A stretch of 64,000 bases of DNA, taken from Octopus vulgaris. Lineage: Eukaryota. Location of the stretch: positions 73,098,001-73,162,000 of the forward strand of contig OX597817.1 in assembly GCA_951406725.2 (NCBI GenBank), read 5' to 3'. Below are positions 26,603 through 39,410 of the stretch, in pieces (within the stretch, counting starts at the first letter, position 1; each line of letters starts with the position of its first letter). The position numbers and the translations under genes were made by a program. Under the pieces are notes generated by a model. That model saw only the letters and a list, made by a program, of their open reading frames with translations, was not told the DNA's origin and did not search any database.

Positions 26603-28405
26603 TACGTAAAAACCCATGTAATTTTTGCACTTTTTTTGCAAAAGCAAAAATATACTTTAGGGGGCACATAAATTACATGAGTAGATCATTTCCAAAATTT
26701 TTTTTGTTACAAAATGATGTACAAATGTAAGCATTCATATCAGAAGTTGACTCCTTTAATGTCAGGATAGGTTTTTACAGAAAAAATATACTGAAGTTGA
26801 CTTTTATTTATGCTGGACGGTATAATGCTTACTTTTCTGCATAAATTTACTAAAATCATTAAATGGTTAACTACTGAAGTTTGACAGGTGGGGGTAAAGG
26901 ACTTGGACCACACCCCATTTCAGTTATTTTTTTTTTACAAAAATTCTTTTCAGAATCATAGTCTCTGTATTTTTCTACATATTTCACAAAAAAAAAAAAA
27001 TTGTGTAGAAAGTGAAAAATTGAGGGGTGGGGTTAAAATTTTGAAATGCCAATTTTTTTTTGCAGATTCAGAATTTCCGAAGTTGCAAAAGTGGGTTTCC
27101 GTAGAGAAAAAAAAAACAAAAAAAAAATAACCAGGAGGCAGTACAGTCCATGTCCTTTACCTTCACCAGTTTGACATTTATGCTGGTAATCACATTCCGG
27201 GCCATATTTTACATTGCTTAGAGTTTGTACCTATCGCAATGGAGTCCAACAATTTCCTTAAATAGATCAGTTTTTCTCCAGGAAGCTATTGTTCGCTTTC
27301 TTCACTTTAGGACAATGAAATTCATCATATCCAACATCGCTGCTACCAGCTCTTACTGCATCTAACACCGACAACAACATAATTCATCCTTGTGCATGTA
27401 AACTCAATAAGTGAATATGACTTAGGGTTCCTACAGAAACCCTCATTTACCTTATATGATGTTTAATGTCATTTCACATTCATGTTGAATTATGCAGCAA
27501 TCTCATGTTCTCTTTATAGAACGCTTGCAATGCATGTATTACCAGTTCTTTTGGTATAGTAGATTTTTGCTATTCTAACCCATGGAAAGCGGACGTTAAA
27601 TGATGATGATGTCTCCTCACAGACGTTGCTTCTTAAATTTCTCACCTCCCTTGTTCAGTAAACACTGAGTTAAACTTGCAAAGCTGTTTATTTTCTCCTT
27701 TCAATTTTTAATGTCAATTTTAGTGGGTTACCAGACTATCAGTTTGGTCTCCCAGCTAAAAACAGTTATGACAAATTTTTAAGTTTGCTTGACATTTTAT
27801 AAGTGTGAAAGGGATTAAAATTTTGATAGTCCATATCAAAGGTTCTGACAAGAATAGGCAGAAAGTCAGAGCTTGAGACAAGAAGACACTTTCGACTAAT
27901 CAGAATTCTGTTTACATTATCAGTTTGGTTGGTCACCTTGCTCTGTCGGTTGAGTAAAGTGTCATCCAAGCTAATGTTTATTGGTAATTAAACTTGTCTT
28001 GCAACACGTTCGTATTTATCAGCTTTGTTTTAGTTGGTAAGAATTATCAACTTTTCCTTTGATCGTGATTTGAGAAGACATACAAAAGTATGCTAAAGAT
28101 CAGACATAATCTCTTGTGGGCAAGAAATGTAAAATTTATTATAAACAACACAAGCACTTTGTAATTTAATAGCTTTCTACTTGTTAAACAGAAATTATTT
28201 TTATTTCATGAAAATTTAATAAAATTTAGTCATTAGTAAAATTATGCTAAATACAACTAAATTGAAAACCTTTTTCCCTTGGCCATATCGGCAATTATGG
28301 AAACTTTTGGGTGCGAATTTTACATGAGTAGAAGCTTTTTTTTTTTAACCTGAAAATCACCTGTGTAAATTACACGGGTGCACAAATTACATGGATTTTT
28401 CAGTA
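26603..28405. mobile_element. TA-flanked TIR DNA transposon (pogo/Tigger-like, non-autonomous)
   Basis: Left TA|CGTAAAAACCCATGTAATTTTTGCAC versus right GTGCACAAATTACATGGATTTTTCAG|TA. Subterminal repeats of the (AA)TTACATGAGT/AATTACACGGGT type at about 26671, 28319 and 28368. No transposase recognised. Confidence 0.7.
26887..27167. mobile_element. 281-bp MITE with 9-bp TSD (Mutator/MULE-like), nested in the element above
   Basis: Exact direct repeat AGTTTGACA at 26878-26886 and 27168-27176. TIRs GGTGGGGGTAAAGGACTTGGAC and GTCCATGTCCTTTACCTTCACC match at 19 of 22 positions. Confidence 0.85.
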
Positions 28406-31400
28406 AGTAAAAATATTCACAGTACATCAAGATTTGATTAGCAACCACTTTTGTTAAGCATTATCTTTGAAAGAAAACATATTCTATTCCTTACATTAAA
28501 GCTATTCAGTTTAGTAAAATTAGTTTCATGTAAAAAATATCTAAATAACTTGTGTATAAACATTAACACAAGCCATCATTGTATTTACTCTCCAAATATA
28601 ATTAAGCAGTCTAAGAACAAGTATGGAACCTTCCACATAATCATGACATTCTAGAAATAGCAACCAAGTCCCCTTCAAATAAAAATAGAAGTGGAATTAG
28701 TTATGGCTGGAAGCTGAACAACATTGAAATATATGCCAGCCCCTAAAATATTTTTGACTACATACATGTATGACTATAATTTCCATGTTACTTATTAATC
28801 TTTCCTGGGTTTAATTTATTTATAAAAGTAAATTAATCACTAGTTGGTTCTACTCTAATATCATATAATGGGAGTAAAAAGTATGCTTTACACTTGACTC
28901 TAAAACCTACCTAGTGTACTGGCTCTTTTTGTTTTTCTTTCTATTTTCAATCCAACTGTGCCTCATCCTCTAAATTTTGCTGTAAATACTTTATTCAATC
29001 CACTCTACTCCAAACTGCAGTCTACTGGAAATCTCATAGTGTACATGTCTACGTGAGGGTTTTTGAAGATGTGGGATAAAGTTACTTGCTTGAAAACAAG
29101 TAAAGATTGGCATCTAAAAAGTGCATCAAGCTGTAAAATACTGACTGACGATCCCCATCTAACTCATGTCAGCATGAAAAAAGCATATGTAAAACAGTGA
29201 TGATAATAATGTCATGTACACACACACGCACATCACCCACGTAAAGAATTGGTATACAAATGAGATAAAAATAGTTTATTCATTTGAAGCAAATGTTTCA
29301 CCCTCATTGTCCTTCAGATGACAAATAGAGGAATTGCACATCGGCACACATTTTTCAACCTGTGGATGGTCAAGTTTAGCATCAACCACAGAAATATTAC
29401 CCATCTTGGAGGACCTGCAAGTATAATAAGCTCCAGCCTTCCTTCAACTAAATTTTAAAAATAAACCAACATGTGTGACTCTGCAGCAAAAGTAAATCTG
29501 ATATGGGATAGTAAACATTTAAATCGAAACCTATATCTCTTTGTTGATACCTTAGTATAAGAATTTTGACATGTGTTTGTATAAAGTTGCTAAAGTTGGG
29601 GTGGGGATTCTATTGAGAACTATGGTGTAGTGTTCATTAGACTGAATCATCAGTTAGGACATATAGATTGGGTTTCACCAGGTCCATTCTCACATTTTTA
29701 TTCTCTCTTATATATCTTTATATATCTGCCTGTTTCATTTCAGTGTAAGTCTAAATTCATATTAGCTGTTTAATCTTATAAAAATGGGCAACAAGTTCAA
29801 TTTACTTTCTACATTCCTTAAAATAGAGTAGTACATCCACTGCAGATTGGAAGTACACTTGAGCTTTTCCATTGTCTGTATGGTTGCTATGCAAGCAAGG
29901 TAGCCATACAGTCTAAGGTATTTGGAGGAAGTTATGATAATGCTTTCCTAAAAGCATTTGTTGCATATTAATATCTTGGAAGGTTTTGAACTCCGTCTCA
30001 GGTGTGCCCTCACCATCTGATAATAAATAACAGCAACACTACTCAAAATATTTTGCAAAATGAAACTTGAAAGATGGAGGTGGGGGTCAACATTCTGAAA
30101 CTTTTTATTTTTATCACATTTAGCTTATACAAGCCTTTTAGGTAACTTCTATACACTACACATTTACTTGACCTGCAAGAAAAAGGAGCTAAATTTGTTT
30201 TAAGTCACTTTCTACCTACCTTAAAATATTGGACTAGTATCAATTAAGTAGACTAGACAGACCCAACCCTCAAACTTGGAAATGAATTAGGTAGACAGAA
30301 ATTGAAGAAGCCTTTCATGTGTAGTGTGTGTACTATACGTATATATATTTATTTCTTCTACATAGTTTTATATTTTTCTTTTCATTATTCTATTTTCATT
30401 ATCTTTACAGTATCAGCTGTTGCTGTCTGGAGCAAAAGTCTCAGGGAGTAAACTCTCATGAAAACAACAATGCAAGGTCTGTCTCACAATTTCTATTATT
30501 GATATATTAATGAATGAGCTGGGATGTATTTTGACAAAAAGTTTTGGGAGTTTTTTTTCTCTCTCTCTTTCTTTACATGATAACAAGATAATCTGTATTC
30601 TCTAGCTTGAAATAGTAGATATATATTCTGACCCAAGTTCATATGGATTCTTAGATGTAGCAATTTAATTTCATTTAGGTTACTGATCCCCATGACAAAT
30701 AAATGAATGTCATATTATCTCTACTTTGGTTTCATGTAAATCTTATGTTCACTAATTATTAATGCACTGTTATTTGTATTTGGGTTGAAATCCTGCTGGG
30801 ACACATTTTACTTGCTTCCTATTCCACTAGGACTAATTATGAACAAATATTGAGCCAAGTAATTATACTACTTATAAATACAAACTTTATCTTTAAAAGA
30901 AATCTGATTGGTATATAATTAGATATATAAAAAAGGTAATTCTTAATTAAAAAAATTTGATTGGTATATAATTAGGTTCATAAAAGAAGGTAATATAATC
31001 ACACTCACTGTTTACTGGTGCTTATATGGGAAGTTTTTTATAAAATCAGATTAGTCAAACACGGAGATGTAGTCGTTGCATTCTGAGATAAAGCATATTG
31101 CCTAATTTTCCTTAAATCTGTCCAGTCTTAAATGTTTGAAACTGTGAATTAGATGTATTGGTGAAATATAAACTTCGAGTTCATGAAGAAACTTATATAT
31201 TTTTGCTTAACCTGTTAAAAATAACAGCTAAATCTCTTATTATTCACTATAAATTTAGTCACTGTTTAGAAAAATGACAGAATTGACATGGTTTAGACAC
31301 CTTTATTCGTTTGTCTGTTCACTCAGGGCTGTACTGGAGCTGAACCAGAACACTTACACTCTAACAACTTATGCTAACTCATAGATGACTATCTTTGTAA

Positions 31401-32124
31401 GCATAGGAAATAGCAAATCATAACCACGTAATCTCTCCATTTGTAGATAAAAGGATTAAAGTTAACTGATTTCCAACATTATCATGCATGCAACAGTACA
31501 TTTGTCACCCACATCATTCTGAATTCAATACTAAAATACTTCTCACTAGACTAATTGACCTGAGCTGTAGACACATACTGTCTATGGAAGTGACATCACC
31601 TTAATAGCAAGAAAATTGTATTATCAACTCATTGTTCATGAATTCAGTTCCAAAACAAGAAATTTATTAAGCATTGTAGGCAGTGTATGTAATTTTGTAA
31701 TTTCAGTTCACTGACTCTCTTGCAGTTAAATAACTCCAATAACTTCATATTATATTCAAGGGTGAATTATGTCTCATCTTTCTACACTCATAAACTGGGA
31801 CTAAGCACTGACTCATAAAAGTCCTTAATGGACGCTCAGAAGGAATTTACATTACCAGGGATAGCACTTGTTTAATGATATAAGAAGCTATGTTCTACAA
31901 TTAACTATCTTTTCATTAACTGGGTTTGCTTAATTTAAATTCTCTTTATTAACAGACTACTTGGAAGTTTATTCAACCAATTTGGCTTAAATCATCCTCA
32001 TCGCCTAGCTTGGCTTTTAGTTGCCCTTAACTGAGGGTACTAAATGGAAAGGACATCCATGTTATTAAAAATGTTAATAATTTTAAACTTAAATACAAGA
32101 CCTCATTTGTGATGAAGGATATAC

Positions 32125-32330
32125 TTAACCCATTTATTATTATATTTCTGTTAAAATATACTGACATTGTTTAAGTTAATTTTGAAAATAAGGAATTTAG
32201 TAAAATATTAATATTTATTAAGATGGTGTTTGCATCATAGCATTAAATTTTGAAAGGTATTAATTTAGATAATTTTAAGCAGGAAGTTAGTGGCATAGGC
32301 CAGGGGCCAGTTTAGAAAGGTTGGTATCAA
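32125..32330. mobile_element. piggyBac-like MITE family B, inverted old copy
   Basis: TTAA|CCCATTTATTATTATATTTCTGTT...GAATTTAGTAAAATA...GGTTGGTATCAA is the reverse complement of family B. Similar relics lie at about 6620-6830, 46300-46530 and 47515-47650. Confidence 0.55.
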
Positions 32331-32439
32331 GTGTCAATGGTATCAGATTCCTCTTCCTCCATCTTTGCATTCCATCCTTCTGAAGTTAATAAAGTAAAGT
32401 ACTAATCAAAGTTAACTTTGAGATTTGAACTATAGACAT

Positions 32440-32890
32440 GGTATTCCTTTCTGCTATAAACACAAGGCCTGAAATTTGGTAAAAAGGAAGCTAGTTGACT
32501 ACATTAACTCCAGTGCACGACTGGTACTTAATTCATTAACCCCAAGAGGATGAAAGGCAAAGTCAACATTGGTAAAATTTGAACTTCGAATGTAAAGACA
32601 GACGAAATGCTGCTAAGCATTTTGCCTAGTGAACTAAAAATTCTGCCAGCTTGCCACCTTAACTCTACACATAATATTAGCTTCAAATTTTGGCACAAGG
32701 CCAGCATGTTTGGAGGAGGAGTAAGTCAATTACGTAGACCCCAGTGCTCAACTGTACTTATTTTATCGACCCCAAAAAGATAAAAGGTAAAGTCAGCCTT
32801 GGTGGAATTTGAACTTGAAATGTAAAGATGGATGAAATGCTACTAAGCATTTCGCCTGGCATAGTAGCAATTCTGCCAGCTCATTGCCTT
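32440..32890 (-). mobile_element. Two head-to-tail copies of a tRNA-like SINE (family E)
   Basis: 32440-32660 and 32671-32890 are colinear. On the minus strand each reads AAGG..GCTGGCAGAA...ATGCTTAG..GCATTTC...GTTCAAAT...GACTTT(G/A)CCTTT(C/T)ATC...AAGTAC. Older copies lie at about 13930, 19915, 21040, 33490, 39765, 49785, 50130 and 59040. Confidence 0.8.
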
Positions 32891-34344
32891 AACTCTAGAC
32901 TTTACAAAACATTTTGATGACCGTTGTATTGTAAAAATAATACATTAACATTTGCTCCAATTATATAAATTGTTTTAATTTGTTAAAATTGGTTAATATT
33001 TCAAGAGAAAGGATATGTCCTATTACATTTTTTGATGCTTCTGTTTTCTAAAAATATTTGGACATGTACTAAAATGTCAGTGTTACAGTTGAATTTATAA
33101 TAGATGAACTTTACAGAAAGATCAAGATTTTTATATTTTCCCATCTTTTTGTTTTTTTATTTTATCACTTTCAGAATTAATTTATTAAATTTCTTACAAG
33201 CAAATTATTATTTTGCCTCTTTTTAGATAAACATTGTTTTTGTTTGCATTTATATGCTAAATGCACTTCAATATGAGGAATATTTTTCTGCTTCTCAATT
33301 TCTTTTTATAAACTTTTTAATCATTTTATACTTAATTTTTGTTATTAAAATTCTTAAAAAAGAAATCTAATGGAGCTTTTTCCTAATTTTATTTCTATAA
33401 AAATTTTATCATTTTATAATTTCTCCTTCAAATCTTCCCCTCTCTGTCACCCCTGTGGCAATAAAAGAAATTATTACTATCATCATCAAGGTAGTACATT
33501 GACAGAATCATTTGAGCATGGAATAAAATGACCCGCAGTATTCTGGATCTCAGCATTTTGGGTTCAAATCTTATCAACTTTTCATCCTTCTGAGGTTTAT
33601 TGAGGTATTAATGTACCAGCTAAATACTAGAGTTAAATTAATCAAGTAACCCCTTCCTCCAAAAATTTGAAGACTTGTGTTTGTATTAGGAATGATTATT
33701 ATTGTTGTTACTTTTTATTATTTTCGTTTCTCAATTTATTGCGAATCTAGATTTCTCTTATCCTCATCCACCTTCACTTAGCAACCCTGCCCACTACCAC
33801 TAAGTTCTTGATAATGATATATTGCTATATCTCAGTTGTCAAGGGAATTCATTACAACCACCATTGCCAACACCACCTCTACTACCACCAACACCATCTA
33901 TCAGTTTCAATAATAGAACTGAAAATAGGTTTGCTGCAGAACTGTGAAGTGATTCACTGAAGCGGAGTCAACTTGACGATGGACTTTTTTCCCTCCCCTA
34001 TTTGATGAACATTATTAATCAAGTTTCAATAAGCTAATAACACTTTTAGTTGAGGCTTAGCTTAGGTTGGGATTCTTTCTATTTTCGTTTTTTTAATTTA
34101 TATATTTCATATTTATACATACATACATATACATACACACGCTGAAACTAGTGTTCTATATATTTTTTGTTGTTTTTTTTCTCTGTTCTATTGATTTGTT
34201 ATTGTTTCAGTTGTCAGTTGTCATTTCTGCTATTATACATTTATAATATTTATGATATTAGCTTTTCTATGAGTATTGTGGACTGTTCTATTTCAGCAGT
34301 GACATATTCAAAACTCACAACAAACAGACACACAAGTTTGTATA

Positions 34345-34590
34345 TATTGAGAGAAAAACTGGGTATAAGAGAAATCAAATGTGGTGCGCAAGATAGAAGG
34401 CAGTATAGAGAATGGTAGTTGGGTATAGAAGTACCATGTGATGTGTGTGGAAAGATCTTGTGGAAGAGGAAGACATGGGAAGAAGTACTGAAAATAATAA
34501 CAAAGGACAACAATTGATAAGACTTTGTGCTGGAGTTTAAGATCTGATCTATCCATGCAAGCATAGAAAAATAGGCATGAAAATGATTTT
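34345..34590 (+). mobile_element. RTE LINE 3' relic
   Basis: LREKLGIREIKCGAQDRR and, with frameshifts, ERSCGRG..KTWEEVLK match the RTE C-terminus (GRGRPRKTW). These are followed by the CCATGCAAGCATAGAAAA...AAAATGAT tail. Confidence 0.7.
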
Positions 34591-34984
34591 ATATATATAT
34601 AAGAGAGAAGCACACCCCCCTATGCACATGCTTATTTATGTAAACCTTTCACCCACATGCATACACAAGTGATATTTTTTCTATTTTTATACACTCTTAG
34701 ATTGTATTTTGAAAAATGTCATTTATTAATTATATATATTGAAAATACACAATTTTATATTTCTTTTGCTTTAAAAATGTGGGATCATTCCTCAGTGGTG
34801 CAAATAACTAGGTGTAGATAGCATTGTTAATAGTATTTTATTTTGTTTGCTACAGAAAACCATTTTAGAACACTTCTAGTGGCTTTCACTTCATATGCTT
34901 AATTAAAAGGTTATTATTTTTATTATAACATTGATTGTGTCAACAGTCCAAGAGATTTAGAGATAAAATTTTTCTTAAATTTTC

Positions 34985-35180
34985 AAGAACTTTGGAGGAT
35001 TTAGATGATGAACCGTGCTCAGCTCTGCTTTTTGGGTGTCAATTCCTAAGTCTCTATGCTTTCTTACCAGCTGTTTTGTCCTTGTTATTTCCAGTGTTCA
35101 TATGACAGCTGATAGGGTTCCTTTTATTTTCATGCCCCAGATCCTTCCTCTCCATTTTCTGTTAAAGTCCTGATACATTT
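34985..35180 (-). mobile_element. Relic of a restriction-like-endonuclease non-LTR retrotransposon (R4/Dong-type C-terminus)
   Basis: Minus-strand translation YQDFNRKWRGRIWGMKIKGTLSAVI*TLE...RDLGID resembles the pattern KYQDL..E..RIW.MK...PVVIGALG...LGI. Confidence 0.5.
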
Positions 35181-35524
35181 TTCTCTTTATTTTATTTTAC
35201 TAATATTATTAGAAATCAGTTCTCTAAAGGTTGTTAAGTAATAATAATTATTGTTATTAAACTATGGAATAGCAAAACCAGTAGGAAGCCAGATAAAATA
35301 CACTGCAGTATCAATTTATGTATATCTGCTTTGGAGTCTTCCATTTCATCCTTGTGACTCTTCCATCCCCCAAAATTGCGAGGTTATATCATCCAGGTTA
35401 TCTCGAATCACCAAAGACTGGGTCTTTAAAACTACTTACATCACATCACTGTATACCATCTGTTAATTCATCTCTCTCTATTCCATTTTTAACTGCATTT
35501 CCTTCCACTGTAATGTTGTGTAAT

Positions 35525-35920
35525 GTCATTTTAATGCCCACTTTTCTGTGGTTGCAATGAGTTGGGCAAAGTTTATTGAGGCAAATTTTCTACCGGTGTC
35601 CTTCCTTGTACCAGCCTTCACTTGTTTATAACTAATATAATATTTTTCCATGGCCAGACCTGTTTCTGAAGAATATATCAGAAATGAATGACACTGCTTG
35701 TATGATAGTGACAGACATTTTCAACTACTAAGTAATGTCAAGACAAGGAGACATATACACATGCACACTCACTGGGCTTCTTTCAGTTTCCATCTGCCAA
35801 ATCTACTCGCAAGGCTTTAGTCAGCCCATTGTTATAGCAGAAACACTTTCCCAAGGTGCCATGCAAAGGCGCTAAACCTGAAATCATATGTTTGAGAAGC
35901 AAACATCTTAACCACACAGG
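35525..35920 (-). mobile_element. Composite of an RTE-tail-bearing repeat and a CORE-type SINE 5' half
   Basis: CATTTTAATGCCCACTTTTC...(RTE-type tail) followed by GGCTTCTTTCAGTTTCCATCTGCCAAATCTACTCGCAAGGCTTT...CCCAAGGTGCCATGC. The same composite layout is seen at about 7417-7745. Confidence 0.6.
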
Positions 35921-37067
35921 TATGTTGTGTTTATGAAAAATGAGGTTATCATGTTTGGTGAAAAATTCAACATTTGTCCTTTGCCTTGAATGTCTTCTCT
36001 AAAATGTAGAGCTTATTCTCACAGAAAATCACTATAAATAATATATAATACATTTAAGTCCCAGAATTGCAAATTGCCTGAGAAGTTAACAAAGGCTCTG
36101 ATAGAATATGGTTTAGAATCTTCTAGTCACTCCACTGATTGCTTGACTTGTGGTGAAGGACTACAATATAACCCTAACAAAGAAAATAAGTTTTATAAAA
36201 GTTAAAGAGTAGTGAGATTAAAGCTACTGCTTATTTACACACACTCATATGTACTCTCATTGTCTTATAATCAGAAACCTAGCATTCTGTTTAGTTTTCT
36301 GTAAATTGATCAGATGAGTTTTAATTCCTTGCTTGAATTGATACTTAGAAGTTTAAAACAATGAAAGTTGGGCTCATATTTTACGAGGCTCTTTCTGTCA
36401 TCCTTGTTGATAATTTAGTTGATTGAATCTTGAGTTTAAACTTGTTTTATCTGGTGGTGTATGGCAAGGCAGTAACTTCTGCAAGCATTAAATAACCACC
36501 TTAAAATGCCAAAATGTAAACTGATATTATCGTTTACAAATACTGTTCTTTCAACGACTATTTTATTACTTTTGAATTGTGATTAACTCTTGAAATGTTT
36601 GCAGTGTTTTCTCTTTCAAATCAGAAAGCTTGTTATCATTGTCAGTAGTGGTAGAGGGGTGTGACACTTTTCACTACTATGTAGATAGTGTTTTGCTTTG
36701 TTTTTTATTGTCTGTGAGTTTCTTTTACACTTTTTTTTATAATCACTGAGATACCATAGCAGTATACTGTGAATATCCTTAAAAAGAAAACTTTGAAATA
36801 GCTTTAAGTGTTTGAACTTAGCTATTTATTGATTAAAAAAAATAATAAAAGGAAGTTATATATAATGTTGACAAAGTGTAAATACAAAAAGTGACATGTA
36901 ACTGAAAATATGTATAAACTGAAGAAAAATAAAGATGAGACAGCTTGGATAGACAGAAAAATCAAAATTATTTTTTAAAAAGTAAATGATAATAATGATA
37001 ATAAACCCAGGTTAATTTGGATAAAAGAAACTTCCGACAAAAGGCATTTTAACCATAACCATTACTA

Positions 37068-37790
37068 CAGGCATAGCTGTGTCATAAAGAAGTTCTCTTT
37101 GCATCCATGTGGTACAGGATCTGATCTTACTGTACAATATTTTGGGCAAGTGTCTTGTACCATGAGCTGATTGCTGCTTTGTGAATGGAATTTGGTAGAT
37201 GGAAATAGAGTACACTCCTGTTGTGTGTGTGTCTTTGTTTATACCAGTTCAAAAAAAAAATGTTGTTGCTTGTGTTATGTCACTTTTTGTCCCATGATTA
37301 TTTCAACAAATGGAAACTGAAATAATTTCTAGGATTGATCTGATTGACTAAAATTCTTGAAGGTGGTGTTCCAGCAAGGCTGGAATCTAATGACTGAGAC
37401 TTGTAAAATAGAATATGAATTAGGAATGTTGTATGGTTAAGAAGTTCACTTTGCAATCATGTGATTTTGGGTTCAGTTATTCTGTGTGGCACCTTGGGCA
37501 TGCCTTCTAATTATAACTCCAGACCAAACAATGCCTTGTGAATGAATTTGGTAGGCAGAAACTGTGTGGGAGCCTGTCATGTATGTGTGTGTGTGCATTT
37601 TGTTCCCCACCACTGCTTGATAACTTGTGTTGGTTTGTTTACATCCCTGTAACTTATTTCGACATAAGAGATTAATAGATTAAAAGTCCCAGGTTTTAAA
37701 ATAAGGACTAGGATTGATTTGTTCAACTAAACCCCTTAAAGCAGTGCCCCAAAATGACCATAGTCCAATGACTGAAACAAGGTTTAAAAT
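37068..37790 (+). mobile_element. Two tandem near full-length CORE-type tRNA SINEs (37068-37415 and 37422-37790)
   Basis: Each has a tRNA-like head, a (T/C)TTGGGCA core, GTGAATG(G/A)ATTTGGTAG, a (TG)n linker and a 3' end of the type CC(C)AGCA/CCCCAAAA...AATGACTGA(G/A)AC. Confidence 0.75.
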
Positions 37791-38883
37791 AGATACCTGG
37801 TATTATATTTTTACTTTTTAATCTGTATAAAAAAATTTTCCTCAGTGTAATAGTAATTAGAAACAGGCTTTCTCCAATGTTTATTTAGTTTCTAAAATTT
37901 CCAAGGAAGCCAGCAAATAAAGAAGCTTTTTATCTACTAACTGCTTTCCGGCTTTCTCTTCTTGAATGTACCACTATTCTTCATACTGCAGGTGCACTAC
38001 ATATGTAATAAGCTTGACTGCACATACATGGTGGTATCAACTATGCATCCACTGCCTGATTGCAGTCTAGCATGACTACGTTTGTTGATTCTTTTGTTCC
38101 AAAGGAGCTGCAAACAATTCATTTCTAATATTGCTTTCAGGCTATTGTTATTATGCAGCATGCCTTCTGGAAAGACCTGTTTGATTGATACATGAGCATT
38201 ATCTCTACTCTCCCATCTCACCTTCTCTTTTTGTATTTCTAATGTTTTTAATTGCATCTAGTTCTTTTTCATTTGTTTCGCTTTATTCTGACAAGTTTTG
38301 TTTTTCTTTTCCCTTATATAATGTGTAAATTAGATTTTTTATTGTACACTTGATCCACACTATCTCAACAGCTTTATTAATCATTCATTTCTCCTAGAAA
38401 AAAAAAAAAAATTCCATTTGCAGCCCAAATGACTATATGTTTACACCCTTATATCCAAAATGGATTTTTAAGATATTTACTAATAAATGTCTTATGTTTA
38501 AACAACTTCCAATGCTTCAGTTTTAATGAAATTTCTATAACATTTTTCTGCAATAAACACAGATTAAATGCTGTTTTATAAAAGTAATTTTGTTCACTTG
38601 AAGATATAATGTATATTTTAATTTAATACAAAATTAACATAAAATATGAATGCATACAAAAAGTGAAGAATATATATATTTTGCTAAAAGTTACTTCCTA
38701 TATATATCTAGAAAATTAGCCATATGGTATGGCTGGAGACAATCGTTACATAAGTTTACTTGACAAATGCTACAAGGGGCTCATCTTGCATATCTTTGAA
38801 CAGTTTTTACACATTCGCTTTCCCTTATTACTTAGTAAATGATGTTATTTCTCTTACTAAGAATACTGCAAGGCAAAATACAT

Positions 38884-39091
38884 TTAACCCTTTAGCATTC
38901 TACCCAAATATTCTATTTGTTTTATGTTCAAAATGATCAGATCTGGCCAATCACACTGACCCTACAATATCATTCTAAAAATATCACATCATCAAAGTTT
39001 TAAAACAATGAGATAATGCATGATTAATTGAAAACAATGTGAATAAATAAGCAATATATTAGACAGGGTAATCTGAAGACTAAAGGATTAA
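38884..39091. mobile_element. piggyBac-like MITE family A
   Basis: TTAA|CCCTTTAGCATTC ... GAAGACTAAAGGA|TTAA. Colinear with 2-213. Confidence 0.8.
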
Positions 39092-39335
39092 AATCTGTCT
39101 TCTCTCTCAATCTGATTGTTGTGTAGGTCTTGAAAACTTTGATATTGTTGGCAAATCATTGATTCCTCCTTGTTGTTGACATAGAATTCATGCTTTCACT
39201 TTTCCTTATGCTGTGTATATGAGTTTTCCCAACCTGCTAGAAATAGCAGCCAATTCTCAAATTACATCCGAAATAGTGATGGTGCATTATTTAATGCAAT
39301 CATGAAAAGATGGGCTAGTCATGATTGGAGTGCTG

Positions 39336-39410
39336 TTCAGTACATCTCTACTGGATCAGAGATGATCTGAGGCCTTTCAGTACATCTCTGCTGGACCAGG
39401 GATGATCAGA
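39336..39410. repeat. 40-bp-period tandem duplication inside a family D repeat
   Basis: TTCAGTACATCTCTACTGGATCAGAGATGATCTGA versus TTCAGTACATCTCTGCTGGACCAGGGATGATCAGA (4 mismatches in 35 nt). Confidence 0.85.

Noticed and set aside
34425-34500. CDVCGK peptide resembling the start of a C2H2 finger
   Set aside because: No downstream His pair, and the sequence lies within an RTE LINE C-terminal relic.
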